Positions 9,849 through 19,765 of a stretch of DNA of 64,000 nucleotides are shown piece after piece. A model generated the notes under the pieces. It made no database searches and was not told the origin of the DNA. It saw nothing but the letters and a program-made list of their open reading frames with translations. The position numbers were made by a program, and so were the translations under genes. The stretch spans positions 2,220 through 66,219 of the forward strand of contig JBOHRW010000224.1 of the NCBI GenBank assembly GCA_050732935.1, in the 5' to 3' direction. The stretch's first letter is position 1. Every line of letters starts with the position of its first letter. This DNA is from Gemmatimonadota bacterium. Its GTDB lineage: Bacteria; Gemmatimonadota; Gemmatimonadetes; JACCXV01; JAHWKZ01.

Positions 9849-10391
9849 ATGCCCAACAGGAAGTGGCACACGCCGTCGTGGAGCGCAGGGAGACTCGGTT
9901 CGGCCGCCCTCGTGGCGATCGTCGCCTGCTCGGGCTCGAACCCTCCGACCTCCGACGGCCAGCCACCGGGAAACGGCTTGCGGCAGGGAAATGCGGTCGT
10001 CCACGACGGCATCGAGTACCGGGCCGACGTGGCCGTGATGGAATCGTTCCCCGTGCAGCTCGCCGGGAACGTCGGCATCACGAACCTGTCCGGGGAGGCC
10101 CGGACGGTGACGTTCCCGGCCGGCTGCGTGGCGTTGCTGCGCGCGTACCGGCCCGGCGGGGCGGATCCCGTCTGGGATCAGGCGCTGGAGGTCGTGTGCA
10201 CCATGGCCCTCGTCCCGATGGAGCTCCCCCCCGGAGCCACGCACGAGGTACGGACCCCGACCGTCAGCGCGCACGCGATCCTGGACGAGGAGCTCCCGGA
10301 CGGGGAGTACCGGATCACGGTCTACCTGCGCCCGGACGGCGGGGTGGTCGAGATCGACGCCGGCACGACCGACCTGGCTATCCCGCGCTGA
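9849..10391 (+). CDS. Hypothetical lipoprotein, possible BsuPI-like Ig fold
   Basis: SD GGAG; lipobox-like LVAIVAC; TVTFPAGC...VWDQ...CTMAL..MELPPG pattern. Confidence 0.6.
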   Translation: MPNRKWHTPSWSAGRLGSAALVAIVACSGSNPPTSDGQPPGNGLRQGNAVVHDGIEYRADVAVMESFPVQLAGNVGITNLSGEARTVTFPAGCVALLRAYRPGGADPVWDQALEVVCTMALVPMELPPGATHEVRTPTVSAHAILDEELPDGEYRITVYLRPDGGVVEIDAGTTDLAIPR

Positions 10392-11008
10392 TCGGCATCG
10401 GCCTGACCGGCAACGTCGCGAGCGGGAAGACGACTGTCGCCGACACCTGGGGCGAGGCGGGCGTCCGCGTGATCGACGCCGACCGGTTGGGCCACGACGT
10501 GCTGCGGAAGGGCCCGGCGGTGAAGACCGCGCTGGTCGAAGCCTTCGGTGAGGATATTCTGGGCGCCGACGGCTCGATCGACCGGGCCGCGCTGGGAGAG
10601 CGCGCGTTCGCGAGCGACGAAGGCGTCCGGCGCCTGAATGCGATCGTCCATCCGCCGCTCCTCGATCGGCTCCGCGCCGACCTCGATCGCGCGGAGCGCG
10701 AAGGCGAACCGCTCGCGGTCGTCGACGCCGCGCTGATCTTCGAGTTCGGCCTCGACGAGGACCTCGACGCGGTCGTGCTGGTGACCGCCCCGCGCGCGCT
10801 GCGCGCCGAGCGCATCCGCCAGGAGCGCGGGCTGGATGACGAGCGCATCGAGCGCATCATGGCGGTCCAGCTCCCGGATGCGGAGAAGGTGGCGGCGAGC
10901 GATTATGTTATCGTCAACGACGGTTCGCTCGAAGAGCTGAGGGCCGCGGCGGATCGGGTGCTGGCCGGGATCCGCTCCGATTTCGGCCCGGGCACCGCGG
11001 ACACCTGA
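10388..11008 (+). CDS. coaE: Dephospho-CoA kinase (probable CTG start)
   Basis: IGLTGNVASGKT P-loop, VIDAD, LNAIVHP and DAALIFE. The only plausible start is the CTG overlapping the upstream TGA. Confidence 0.93.
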   Translation: MIGIGLTGNVASGKTTVADTWGEAGVRVIDADRLGHDVLRKGPAVKTALVEAFGEDILGADGSIDRAALGERAFASDEGVRRLNAIVHPPLLDRLRADLDRAEREGEPLAVVDAALIFEFGLDEDLDAVVLVTAPRALRAERIRQERGLDDERIERIMAVQLPDAEKVAASDYVIVNDGSLEELRAAADRVLAGIRSDFGPGTADT

Positions 11009-11026
11009 CACCCAAGGAGACGGACG

Positions 11027-11236
11027 ATGCGTGACCATGAGAACGGGTTCCTGGCGGGCCTCCTGGTCGGGCTCGCGATCGGCGGGATCCTGGCCCTCCT
11101 CTATGCCCCCGAGCGAGGCGACAAGACCCGCAAAAGACTCGTGAAGAAGAGCGGCCAGTGGCAGGAGAAGGCCTCGGGCGCTCTCGACACGGCGGGCGAG
11201 ATCGTCGACCGCAGCCGGAAGAAGATGGGGATCTAG
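11027..11236 (+). CDS. YtxH-domain small protein
   Basis: FLAGLLVGLAIGGILALLYAPERGDKTRKRL; SD AAGGAG. Confidence 0.85.
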   Translation: MRDHENGFLAGLLVGLAIGGILALLYAPERGDKTRKRLVKKSGQWQEKASGALDTAGEIVDRSRKKMGI

Positions 11237-11240
11237 CCTC

Positions 11241-12758
11241 CTGCGCCGGGTCGGACTCATCGTCCTCGACGGCTGGGGGCTCCGCGACACCCGCGAGGGC
11301 AACGCGGTGGCCCTCGCCCGCACGCCTGTCTTCGACGGCTTGTGGGAGAGGTATCCCCGGACCCGGCTGGACGCGTCCGGTCGCGCCGTCGGCCTGGTGG
11401 ACGGTCAGATGGGCAACAGCGAGGTCGGCCACCTGAACCTGGGGGCCGGCCGGGTCATCAAGCAGGACATCCTCCGGATCGACGAGGCGATCGAGGACGG
11501 GAGCTTCTTGGAGCGCGAGGCCTTCCTCGACGCCATCCGACACGTCCGCGGTGGGGAGGGCACCCTCCACCTGATGGGCCTCGTGTCCGACGGTGGCGTC
11601 CACAGCCACTTGCGGCACCTGGAGGCGCTTCTCGAGCTGGCCCGTCGGGAGGAGCTGAACGGCGTCGCCATCCACGCGTTCACCGACGGTCGCGACACGA
11701 GCCCCACGGGCGGAGTCGGCTACCTCGGGCAGGTCGAGGCCGCGATCTCCGAGAAGGGGGTCGGGCAGATTGCCACCGTCATCGGACGCTACTACGCGAT
11801 GGACCGCGACCGGCGCTGGGATCGGACGCGCGTCACCTGGGAGGCGCTGACACACGGTCGGGGCCGCGCGACCGCCGGCGATCCTGTGGACGCCCTGCGC
11901 GAGAGCTACGAGCGCGACGTCACCGACGAGTTCGTCAAGCCGATCGTGGTCGAAGGGACGCCGCGGGTCGAGGACGGCGATGCGGTGATCTTCTTCAACT
12001 TCCGCGCCGACCGGGGCCGTCAGCTCACCCGTGCCTTCACCGAGGCCGGCTTCGAGGGCTTCGACCGCGAGCTGCCGGAGGGCCTCTACTTCGCGACCAT
12101 GACGGAATACGATCGCTCCTTCGGTCTGCCGATCGCGTTTCCCCCCAAGGAGATGGCCCAGGTCGCTGGCGAGATCTGGGAGCGCGCCGGCTGCACGAAC
12201 CTGCGCATCTCCGAGACCGAGAAGTACGCCCACGTGACGTACTTCTTCAATGGCGGTCGCGAGGAGCCCTACCAGGGCGAGGAGCGCATCCTGGTGCCCT
12301 CGCCCAAGGTGGCCACCTACGATCTGCAGCCCGAGATGGCGACCCCGGAGGTCACCGACCGCCTGGTCGAGGCGATCCGCTCGCGGCGCTTCGACTCCTT
12401 CGTCCTGAACTACGCCAACCCCGACATGGTGGGCCATACGGGGGTTCTCCAGGCGGCGATCCGCGCCGTGGAGACGGCCGATGCCGGGCTCGGCCGTGTC
12501 GTCGAGGCTTTCCGGGAGGCGGAGCCCGACGGGGCGCTCCTGATCCTGGCCGACCACGGCAACGCCGAGACCATGATCGAGGATGACGGCTCGCCCCACA
12601 CCGCGCACACGACCAATCCCGTGCCCTGCATCCTGGTCTCGAAGGTCGAGCGCCGGCTCCGCGAGGGAGGGGCCCTGTGTGACGCCATCCCGACCTTGCT
12701 CGCCCTGCAGGAGATCGAGAGGCCGGCGGTGATGACAGGTGGTGACCTGCGGGGTTAG
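11241..12758 (+). CDS. gpmI: 2,3-bisphosphoglycerate-independent phosphoglycerate mutase (probable CTG start)
   Basis: LIVLDGWG lies upstream of the ORF-track GTG. Also GQMGNSEVGH, HAFTDGRD, GRYYAMDRD, ETEKYAHVT, NPDMVGHTG and ADHGNAE. Confidence 0.96.
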   Translation: MRRVGLIVLDGWGLRDTREGNAVALARTPVFDGLWERYPRTRLDASGRAVGLVDGQMGNSEVGHLNLGAGRVIKQDILRIDEAIEDGSFLEREAFLDAIRHVRGGEGTLHLMGLVSDGGVHSHLRHLEALLELARREELNGVAIHAFTDGRDTSPTGGVGYLGQVEAAISEKGVGQIATVIGRYYAMDRDRRWDRTRVTWEALTHGRGRATAGDPVDALRESYERDVTDEFVKPIVVEGTPRVEDGDAVIFFNFRADRGRQLTRAFTEAGFEGFDRELPEGLYFATMTEYDRSFGLPIAFPPKEMAQVAGEIWERAGCTNLRISETEKYAHVTYFFNGGREEPYQGEERILVPSPKVATYDLQPEMATPEVTDRLVEAIRSRRFDSFVLNYANPDMVGHTGVLQAAIRAVETADAGLGRVVEAFREAEPDGALLILADHGNAETMIEDDGSPHTAHTTNPVPCILVSKVERRLREGGALCDAIPTLLALQEIERPAVMTGGDLRG

Positions 12759-12874
12759 CGTGGTGGGGACGGCCGAGAAGTCGACCGGTCGAATCCACGA
12801 CGATCCCATACGGGGTCCGTTTGCGCTAATATCTAAGGAGAACCTTCATCTTCGAGCCGGAGCCTGTTACCCCC

Positions 12875-14161
12875 GTGCGAGGCGTCCAGCCTATCCGACG
12901 ATCACGACACCTGGCGTCAATCCTGTTGGCGGGCCTCGGGCTCGTCGCCCTGCTGGTGGCGCGACCCGTGCTGGCACAGCGCAGCGCGATCGACCTCCTT
13001 CCCCTGACTCCCGGGAACTCCTGGACGTACGATGGCACTATCTGGTGGCTCCCGCTCAACTCTCTGCGGGTCCTGGAGGAGCGGGTTAAGCTCGAGGTCG
13101 AGGTCCTCGAGGTCGTCGAACGGCCCGGGGCTCGGGCCGCTCTTCTCAGGGGATACCCTCGTGATCTGGTCACTTCGGTGCCGAATCGCTTCGAGGGCAA
13201 GTTCACGCTCCTCCAGGTTGGTTCCAGGGTCTATCTCCTGCGCGGCGAGCGAGGCCGCGAAGCGATGCGGCGGGTCCAGGACCCCGTCGATTCGCTCGCT
13301 GACCTGATGCTGAACTCGGAGCTCGTGCTGGATTTCCCACTCGAGCCAGGGAAGACGTTCTGCTCTCCGGGCGTCGACGGCCCCGGCGAGGGGAGACCGT
13401 GCTGGTTCGTTCGCGGGGAGGCGCTCGTGGAACGGCTTCCCGTCGTCGAGGGCGGACGAGTGAGGGGCCGTGAGCGCTATATCCTCGATCTGCGATCGGG
13501 CGCCGATCACGAGGTTCGCGGGTTCGTGCCCGGCGTGGGCTTCACGTCCTTCGCGATCGGCCACTTCGGCGATCCGTCGGCCCTGGAGCTGGAGCTGATC
13601 GAGGTGGACCTGACCGCCCCCGAGATCTTCCTGAAGACGCTCGATCTGGCAGACGCACGGACGCTCGAGGTGGCTACGGGCTCTCGCTCGCCCGAGCTCG
13701 CGAATCGCGATCCGTCCGCTGGCGATCGACCCCCTTCCAAGGCGCGCGCCACGCCCGTCGTTGCAAGGGAAGAGGTCGTCACGGCTGCGCTTGACGATGG
13801 GGGCGGGGCCGTTGGGTCGTCGGCATCCTCCCCTGGATCTCAGTCAGACGTGGCGCCGGAGCCCACTCCCGCGCCGCCACCCGCGGAGATTCCCGTCCCG
13901 GATGACCAGGAGCCGCCCTGCGCCGACGAACGTGAGTGGTTCGTCGTTGGCAATCCGATCGAATTCGAAGGCCGGCGGTTCGATCCGATCGGTAAGCCGG
14001 AGCCGATCAACCTGGACAACATCGTATCGGTCGGCGAGTACGATGGGGTCCCGGTTTACGTCGGGCGCCATGGCGGACAGCCCCACATGAACGTCTGGCT
14101 TCCCGTTTGCAGCACGACCGGCACCTACCGGCTCTACGCGGACTCCAGCCCCCGGAACTGA
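12875..14161 (+). CDS. Secreted hypothetical multidomain protein (alternative start ATC at 12848)
   Basis: Signal peptide ending VLAQ, beta-rich N-domain, Pro/Ser-rich linker and a compact C-terminal domain. Confidence 0.6.
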   Translation: MRGVQPIRRSRHLASILLAGLGLVALLVARPVLAQRSAIDLLPLTPGNSWTYDGTIWWLPLNSLRVLEERVKLEVEVLEVVERPGARAALLRGYPRDLVTSVPNRFEGKFTLLQVGSRVYLLRGERGREAMRRVQDPVDSLADLMLNSELVLDFPLEPGKTFCSPGVDGPGEGRPCWFVRGEALVERLPVVEGGRVRGRERYILDLRSGADHEVRGFVPGVGFTSFAIGHFGDPSALELELIEVDLTAPEIFLKTLDLADARTLEVATGSRSPELANRDPSAGDRPPSKARATPVVAREEVVTAALDDGGGAVGSSASSPGSQSDVAPEPTPAPPPAEIPVPDDQEPPCADEREWFVVGNPIEFEGRRFDPIGKPEPINLDNIVSVGEYDGVPVYVGRHGGQPHMNVWLPVCSTTGTYRLYADSSPRN

Positions 14162-14179
14162 GCGCTTTCGGTCGCGCGG

Positions 14180-16948
14180 TCATCGCGCCGCCGGTTCCTC
14201 CGCGACCGCATTGCCCTCCGGATCGAGCACTCGGATCGGCCCCCAGCCCAGCTCGCGGATACCGGGCTCGATCTTCTCGCGGTCGCCCACCACGACCCAG
14301 ACGAGGTCGTCGGGATGGACCGTGGCATCGGCGATCGCCGACACCTGGGCGAGCGAGAGGCTCCGCACCTTGTCGGCGTAGGTCTCGTAGTAATCCAGAC
14401 CCAGGCCGAAGCGGACGATCTCGGCGAGCGCATCGGCGACCTCGGCGGAGGTCTCCCATAGCCCCGGCAGCCTCAGGGTCTGCCGCGCCTGGGCCTTCTC
14501 GATCTCCTCGTCGGTGATCGGGATCTCGCCCCGGATCCCGCGGAGCTCCTTGGCGATCTCGATCATCGATTCCTTCGTCTTGTCGGTCTGGACGGGAGCG
14601 TACGCCATGAAGGGCCGCGGCCCGGCGGCGTCGAAGACGAGCGTGCGCGCCCCGTACGACCAGTGCTTGCCCTCGCGCAGGTTCATGTTGATGCGTGACG
14701 TGAAGGAACCACCGAGGATCAGGTTCATCGTCTCGAACGCGATCTCGTCGGGGTTGGCCTTGGGCGGCGCGAGATCGGCGGCGAAGATCACGGTCTGCTC
14801 GGCTCCGGGGCGGTCGAGGAGGTAGATCGCCGGATCGGCATCGAGCTCGACGGGGCCGATCTCCTTCGTCGGGACCTCCGCTTGGGGCCAGCCACCGAGC
14901 GAGCTCTCGAGCCGGGGCCGGAGCTCGTCCAGCGTGACATCACCAACGATGATCAGGGTTGCGTTGCCGGGCCTGAACCAGGTCTCGTGCCAGCGGGCGA
15001 GATTCTCCCGCGTCATCGCCTCGACCGACGCGATCGTTCCGCTACCGGTCAGCGGCTGCTCGTAGGCGTGCCCTTCGGGGTAGAGAAGGGCCGGGAGGAT
15101 CCGGAGACCCATGGCGACCGGCTGGACCATCTCGCGCCGGATCCCGGCCACGGTCTGCGCCTTGAGGCGCTCGAAGTCGGCGACCGGGAAGGCCGGGTTC
15201 AGGACGACGTCGGCATAGAGATCGAGCGACGCGTCCAGGTTCTCGCGAAGCGCGCTCATCGTCACCGTAGAGGTGTCGAGATCCGAGCTGGTGAAGAGCT
15301 CGGCCCCCAGCCGATCGAGCTCGGCCGAGATCTCGAGCGCGTCCCGGGTCTCGGTCCCCTCGTCGAGCATCTCCATCGCCAGATTGGCCGTGCCGGGGGC
15401 GGCTCCCTGGTCGGAGGCCGTGCCCGCGTCGAGCTGGAGCTCGAAGCGGACCAGAGGCAGCTCGTGGCGCTCGACGAGCAAGATCTCCAGCCCGCTCCCG
15501 AGCGTGGCCTGCGCCACATCCGGGAACACCGCGGCCGGGATCGAGTCCGGATAGGGGAGGCCGGACCGGTCGACGTCCGAGGGAGCCGTCGCATACTCGG
15601 GGAAGGGATGCACCTCGAGGATATAGACCCCGTCGGACAGCCATTCGCGGGCCGCCTCGTGGACATCCTGGGTCGTGGCGCCTGCGCGCCGCGCGAGGAC
15701 CGTCTTGTAGGCATCGGGGCTGCCGCCGTAAACCTCGCTCCGGGCGAGGATGTCGCTCTTGCCGCCGAAGCCGCCGATCCGCTCGATGCCGCGCAGGAAA
15801 TCGGCGCGGAGCTCGGTCTGGATCCGCGCGAGTTCCTCTTCGTTCGGTCCCTCGGAGAGAAATCGCGCCAGTTCCTCGTCGATCGCGGCCTCGATCGCCG
15901 CCAGGTCCTGGCCCGGTTTTGCCGTTGCCTGGATCCGGAACTGGCCCCCGATCTCGCGTCCGATCACGAACGCGTTCACATCGGTCGCGATCCGATCGTC
16001 GTAGACCAGTCGCTTGTAGAGCCGGGACGTCTTGCCGGTGGAGAGGACTCCGGCCGCCAGGTCCAGGTAATCGTGAGCGGCGGCGCCGATCGGGGGCACG
16101 TTCCACGTCTTGTAGATCCTGGCCTGCGGCACCCGGTCCTGGACCCGCTGCCGGTGGGTGTCCTCCATCTTCGCGATCCACACATCCTGCTCGGCGATGG
16201 GCGGTCCCGAGGGGATCCAGCCGAAGTAGCGCTCGACCTTCTGCCGGACCGCTTCGGCTTCGACATCACCGGCGATCGCGATCACCGCGTTCGCCGCGCC
16301 GTAGTAGGTCTGGAACCATTCCTGGACGTCCTCCAGAGAGGCCGCGTCCAGGTCCTCCATCGAGCCGATCGTCGTCCACGAGTAGGGATGACCTTCCGGA
16401 TAGGTGTTCTCGGTCAGGAGCTGGCGGGTCACCCCGTAGGGCTGATTCTCGCCCTGGCGTTTCTCGTTCTGTACGACGCCTCGCTGCTCGTCCAGCTTCT
16501 CCTGATCGATGGCCGGCAGCATGTTCCCCATGCGGTCCGACTCCATCCAGAGCGCGAGGTCGAGCGCGGGTGTGGGGACGTTCTGGAAGTAGTTCGTGCG
16601 GTCGGGATTCGTCGTGCCGTTCATGTCGGTCGCGCCGACCCGCTCGAAGGGCTGGAAGTAGTCGTCGTCGAAGTGCTCGCTTCCGTTGAACATGAGGTGC
16701 TCGAAGAGATGGGCGAAGCCGGTCTTCCCCGGCTTCTCGTTCTTCGAGCCCACGTGATACCAGACGTTCACCGCCGCGATGGGCGCCTTGTGGTCCTCGT
16801 GGACGATGAGCGTAAGGCCGTTGTCGAGGACGAACTTCTGGTACGGGATGTCGATGGCCTCCGTCTCCTCCTGGGCGAGCCCCGCGCGGGGGCCGGAGGC
16901 AAACGCCAGAAGCGACAGAAGCGGGAGAACGAGGGTTCGCGCTCGCAT
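14180..16948 (-). CDS. M16 family zinc peptidase (PqqL-like, fused two-module form)
   Basis: Signal peptide from ATG 16948; YHVGSKNEKPGKTGFAHLFEHLMF (HxxEH); second degenerate M16 module. Confidence 0.93.
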   Translation of the reverse strand: MRARTLVLPLLSLLAFASGPRAGLAQEETEAIDIPYQKFVLDNGLTLIVHEDHKAPIAAVNVWYHVGSKNEKPGKTGFAHLFEHLMFNGSEHFDDDYFQPFERVGATDMNGTTNPDRTNYFQNVPTPALDLALWMESDRMGNMLPAIDQEKLDEQRGVVQNEKRQGENQPYGVTRQLLTENTYPEGHPYSWTTIGSMEDLDAASLEDVQEWFQTYYGAANAVIAIAGDVEAEAVRQKVERYFGWIPSGPPIAEQDVWIAKMEDTHRQRVQDRVPQARIYKTWNVPPIGAAAHDYLDLAAGVLSTGKTSRLYKRLVYDDRIATDVNAFVIGREIGGQFRIQATAKPGQDLAAIEAAIDEELARFLSEGPNEEELARIQTELRADFLRGIERIGGFGGKSDILARSEVYGGSPDAYKTVLARRAGATTQDVHEAAREWLSDGVYILEVHPFPEYATAPSDVDRSGLPYPDSIPAAVFPDVAQATLGSGLEILLVERHELPLVRFELQLDAGTASDQGAAPGTANLAMEMLDEGTETRDALEISAELDRLGAELFTSSDLDTSTVTMSALRENLDASLDLYADVVLNPAFPVADFERLKAQTVAGIRREMVQPVAMGLRILPALLYPEGHAYEQPLTGSGTIASVEAMTRENLARWHETWFRPGNATLIIVGDVTLDELRPRLESSLGGWPQAEVPTKEIGPVELDADPAIYLLDRPGAEQTVIFAADLAPPKANPDEIAFETMNLILGGSFTSRINMNLREGKHWSYGARTLVFDAAGPRPFMAYAPVQTDKTKESMIEIAKELRGIRGEIPITDEEIEKAQARQTLRLPGLWETSAEVADALAEIVRFGLGLDYYETYADKVRSLSLAQVSAIADATVHPDDLVWVVVGDREKIEPGIRELGWGPIRVLDPEGNAVAEEPAAR

Positions 16949-17076
16949 GGCAGACTCCGGTCCAGAGTTCCGATCCGATTGCGTGGAGGAGGGGAAGCCC
17001 AAGTTATAGCTCAGGATTCCATCGACCACCGCTCGGGTCCAGCCGTTCGCCGCTCCAGGAGCTGGCTTCGCCGCAA

Positions 17077-18402
17077 TCAGGCGGTCGAAGCCAGGGCCGC
17101 GATGCGGAGCGCCAGCTCTTCTTCGTCCGGCCGGGTCGCGACCATGAAGCCGATCGACAGCCGGCCTGCCGTACGCCGGCATGGAACGCTGGCCGCCGGG
17201 CAGCCGAGGAAGTTGAAGACCTGCGTGTTCCGGAGGACTCGCGCGTTGGCGTCGAGGTAAGCCTCGTCCGAGGCGAGGTCGGCGATCCGGGGCGGGAGGA
17301 TGGCGACCGTCGGCGCGACGATCGCGTCGTAGCCTCCGGCGAGCTCCTCGAAATCGCCGCGGATTCGCTCGCGGCCTTCGACCAGCCGCGCGTAATCGTC
17401 CGGCGTCCGGTCCCGATACCGCAGGATCCGCGTCGAGACACGCGGATCCATGCCCCCCTCGTCCCGCTCGAGAAGCTGGCGGTGGAGGGAGAAGCCCTCG
17501 ATCCCGGCGAACGTCCCGTGCCGTTCATAGAGCACGGAGATCTCGTCGAGGAGCGGCACGTTGCGGCGCTCGATCCGGTGACCGGCGGCCTGAAGCCGGT
17601 CCCAGGCGACCTCGAATCCCCGCTCGACCTCGGGATCCACGTCCCGCAGCAGCTGGGTCGGGGCGAGGAGCGAGAGGTGGCCGAGCGGCGCGCCCGGAAA
17701 CGGCATGGGCGGCAAGTCGGCCAGGCCGCGCCACAGATGCCACGCGTCGGGGACCGTCCGGGCCAGCGGGCCCAGCGTGTCGAGCGTGGGGGAGAGCGGC
17801 ACACAGCCTTCCATCGGAATCGCCCCGTCGGTCGTCTTCAAGCCCACGATCCCGTTGAAGGCGGCCGGAATCCGCACCGAGCCCCCGGTGTCGGATCCGA
17901 TCGCGGCGCACGCCAGGCCCGCCGCCACCGCAACCCCCGAGCCGGACGACGATCCGCCGGGAACGCGCTGGGAATCCAGCGCGCAACCGGGTGTCCCGAA
18001 GTGCGGGTTGGTCCCGATCCCGCCGAACGCGAGCTCGGTCATGCCGGTCTTGCCGAGGAAGACCACCCCGGCGGCGTCGAGGCGCCGGGCGGCCGGGCAG
18101 TCCGCCGGAGCGGCAGTTCCTTCGGCCAGCACCGCGGACCCCGCGGCCGTAACCTCGCCCGCCGTGTCCATCAGGTCCTTCAGCGCGATCGGGACGCCCT
18201 GGAGCGGCCCGCGGTCGACGCCTGCGGCGAAGTCCGCCTCCGCACGCTCGGCCTGATGGCGCGCCCGCCGGGCGGTGACGGCGCGATAGACGGGGCCGAC
18301 GTCGATCCGGTCGAGGTAGGCCTCCACGACCTCGGTCGGGCGGAGGCTTCCGTCGCGGTAGGCGGCGGCCAGCGCGGTCAGGGTCAGCGCGGTCGGATTC
18401 AT
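17077..18402 (-). CDS. Amidase signature family enzyme (GatA-like)
   Basis: GPLQGVPIALKD, PGGSSSGS, GSDTGGSVRIPA and DTLGP. Confidence 0.92.
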   Translation of the reverse strand: MNPTALTLTALAAAYRDGSLRPTEVVEAYLDRIDVGPVYRAVTARRARHQAERAEADFAAGVDRGPLQGVPIALKDLMDTAGEVTAAGSAVLAEGTAAPADCPAARRLDAAGVVFLGKTGMTELAFGGIGTNPHFGTPGCALDSQRVPGGSSSGSGVAVAAGLACAAIGSDTGGSVRIPAAFNGIVGLKTTDGAIPMEGCVPLSPTLDTLGPLARTVPDAWHLWRGLADLPPMPFPGAPLGHLSLLAPTQLLRDVDPEVERGFEVAWDRLQAAGHRIERRNVPLLDEISVLYERHGTFAGIEGFSLHRQLLERDEGGMDPRVSTRILRYRDRTPDDYARLVEGRERIRGDFEELAGGYDAIVAPTVAILPPRIADLASDEAYLDANARVLRNTQVFNFLGCPAASVPCRRTAGRLSIGFMVATRPDEEELALRIAALASTA

Positions 18403-18435
18403 GGGGCCATGGGGCGAATCCACGGCTGCCTGCAC

Positions 18436-19057
18436 TAGCGGTGCGCCACTTTGACGTTGACGTTACGCGGCATTTTTCTCAGCTTTCGGTCAGCCCCATT
18501 CGCTTGTTTCCAACTGGAGGAGGAGCGGATGGAAAAGAAGTACGTGGTGGGTCTGACCGAGGCTGAGCTGTCGAAGATGTTGGCTCTGATCCGGGCTGGG
18601 AAGGTGGGCGCGCGTAGGCTGAACCGCGGGCACATCCTGCTGTTGGCCGATGATGGGCAAACCGACGCCGAGATCGCCGGTGCCCTGCACGTGGGGGCTT
18701 CCATGGTTGAGCGCACGCGTCGCCGGTTTTGTGGAGGGGGGCCTGGAGCGGGCCTTGAACGAGCGTCCTCCTCCAGGGGCGGCTCGCAAGCTTGGCCCCC
18801 AGCAGGAGGCGTACCTGGTGGCGCTGGCGTGCAGCGACCCGCCCGAGGTGCGCACCTGCTGGACGATGCAACTGTTGGCGGATCGTCTGGTGGAACTCGG
18901 CAAGGTCGACTCGATTTGTGATGAGACGGTTCGCCGCGTTCTAAAAAAACGACACCAAGCCGTGGCAGAAGCAACATTGGTTGATCCCGACGGTCGACTG
19001 GGCGTTCGTGGCGGCGATGGAAGAAGCGCTGGAGCTGTATGCCGAGCCCTACGATCA
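18436..19057 (+). mobile_element. IS630-family transposase remnant (HTH part; DDE domain missing)
   Basis: ATG 18529 behind SD GGAGGAGG; KKYVVGLTEAE, IAGALHVG, LACSDPP, WTMQLLADRL, ETVRRVLKK|NDTKPW and AAMEEALELYAEPYD. A7C slippery site at 18943-18950; extra T at 18727-18730; TA at 18436 is a possible left end. Confidence 0.85.
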
Positions 19058-19315
19058 TGCCGCGGAAACAGCGCAGCTTGGCAGCGTGGCGGGGTGAGCC
19101 GGCTTGAGTGCTAGCTCCTCAAATCCGACGGTCGAGCTCGTGGCGCTGTCCGAGCTTGTTACTCCAGAAAGAGCCAGGTACTCGCCGACCACCGGGCACT
19201 CGGCCAACAAGCGCCGAGTCCAGCGCTCGATCACGTAGTCTACACCACCCGTCTCGTAGCACTCCCCGTACCTCGCCTGTGCGCGAAACCAGTCGAAGTA
19301 GTGGCGCAGGATCAC
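19055..19315 (-). other. Unidentified ORF fragment between the IS relics
   Basis: ILRHYFDWFRAQARYGECYETGGVDYVIERWTRRLLAECP looks protein-like, but I do not recognise the family. Confidence 0.3.
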
Positions 19316-19437
19316 AGGTCGTTGCCAAGAAGCTTGACCAGCGTCGGCGACGGAGTTCCCTCTCCAAGATCGCCACCATCATCGTGTTCTTGGTGCACTA
19401 TGCATCTCCACCTAGATCTTGACTCGACACGCAATCG

Positions 19438-19765
19438 ACGATGGTGCTGGTCACCGAGGGTCGACTGGCGCCGCTTTCGCGGGCGCGGCATGAGCGGTCC
19501 CCAGCCGCACTCGTTGGGCTCGACCAAGCGCCGCTGGTCGATCACGCAGGCCGATCAAAAACCCACAGTCGACGCGGCGTGAAGCCATGGGCATCCGCCC
19601 CGATGAGTGCAGCGCTTTGACGCCGTGAGGCGGGCCAGCGAGCGATTGCCCACGACTGGACGGGCTCCACAGGCTGTTCCGACGCCTGGAGGAGCGCGGA
19701 ACAGCAAGTCGCCGCCGTCGCCGTGGTCGGCGAGCTGGCTGGCTTCTTGTTGCCGTCATGAATGA
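19438..19765 (+). mobile_element. Degraded IS110-family transposase C-terminal remnant
   Basis: Across frameshifts reads TMVLVTE-DWRRF, PHSLGSTKRRWSITQA, VDAA*SHGHPPR, SAAL*RREAGQ, RLHRLFRRLEERG and QVAAVAVVGELAGFL, collinear with the IS110 C-terminus. Confidence 0.65.

Noticed and set aside
18436-19320. Complete IS630 with both terminal inverted repeats
   Set aside because: No convincing right-end repeat and the DDE domain is missing.
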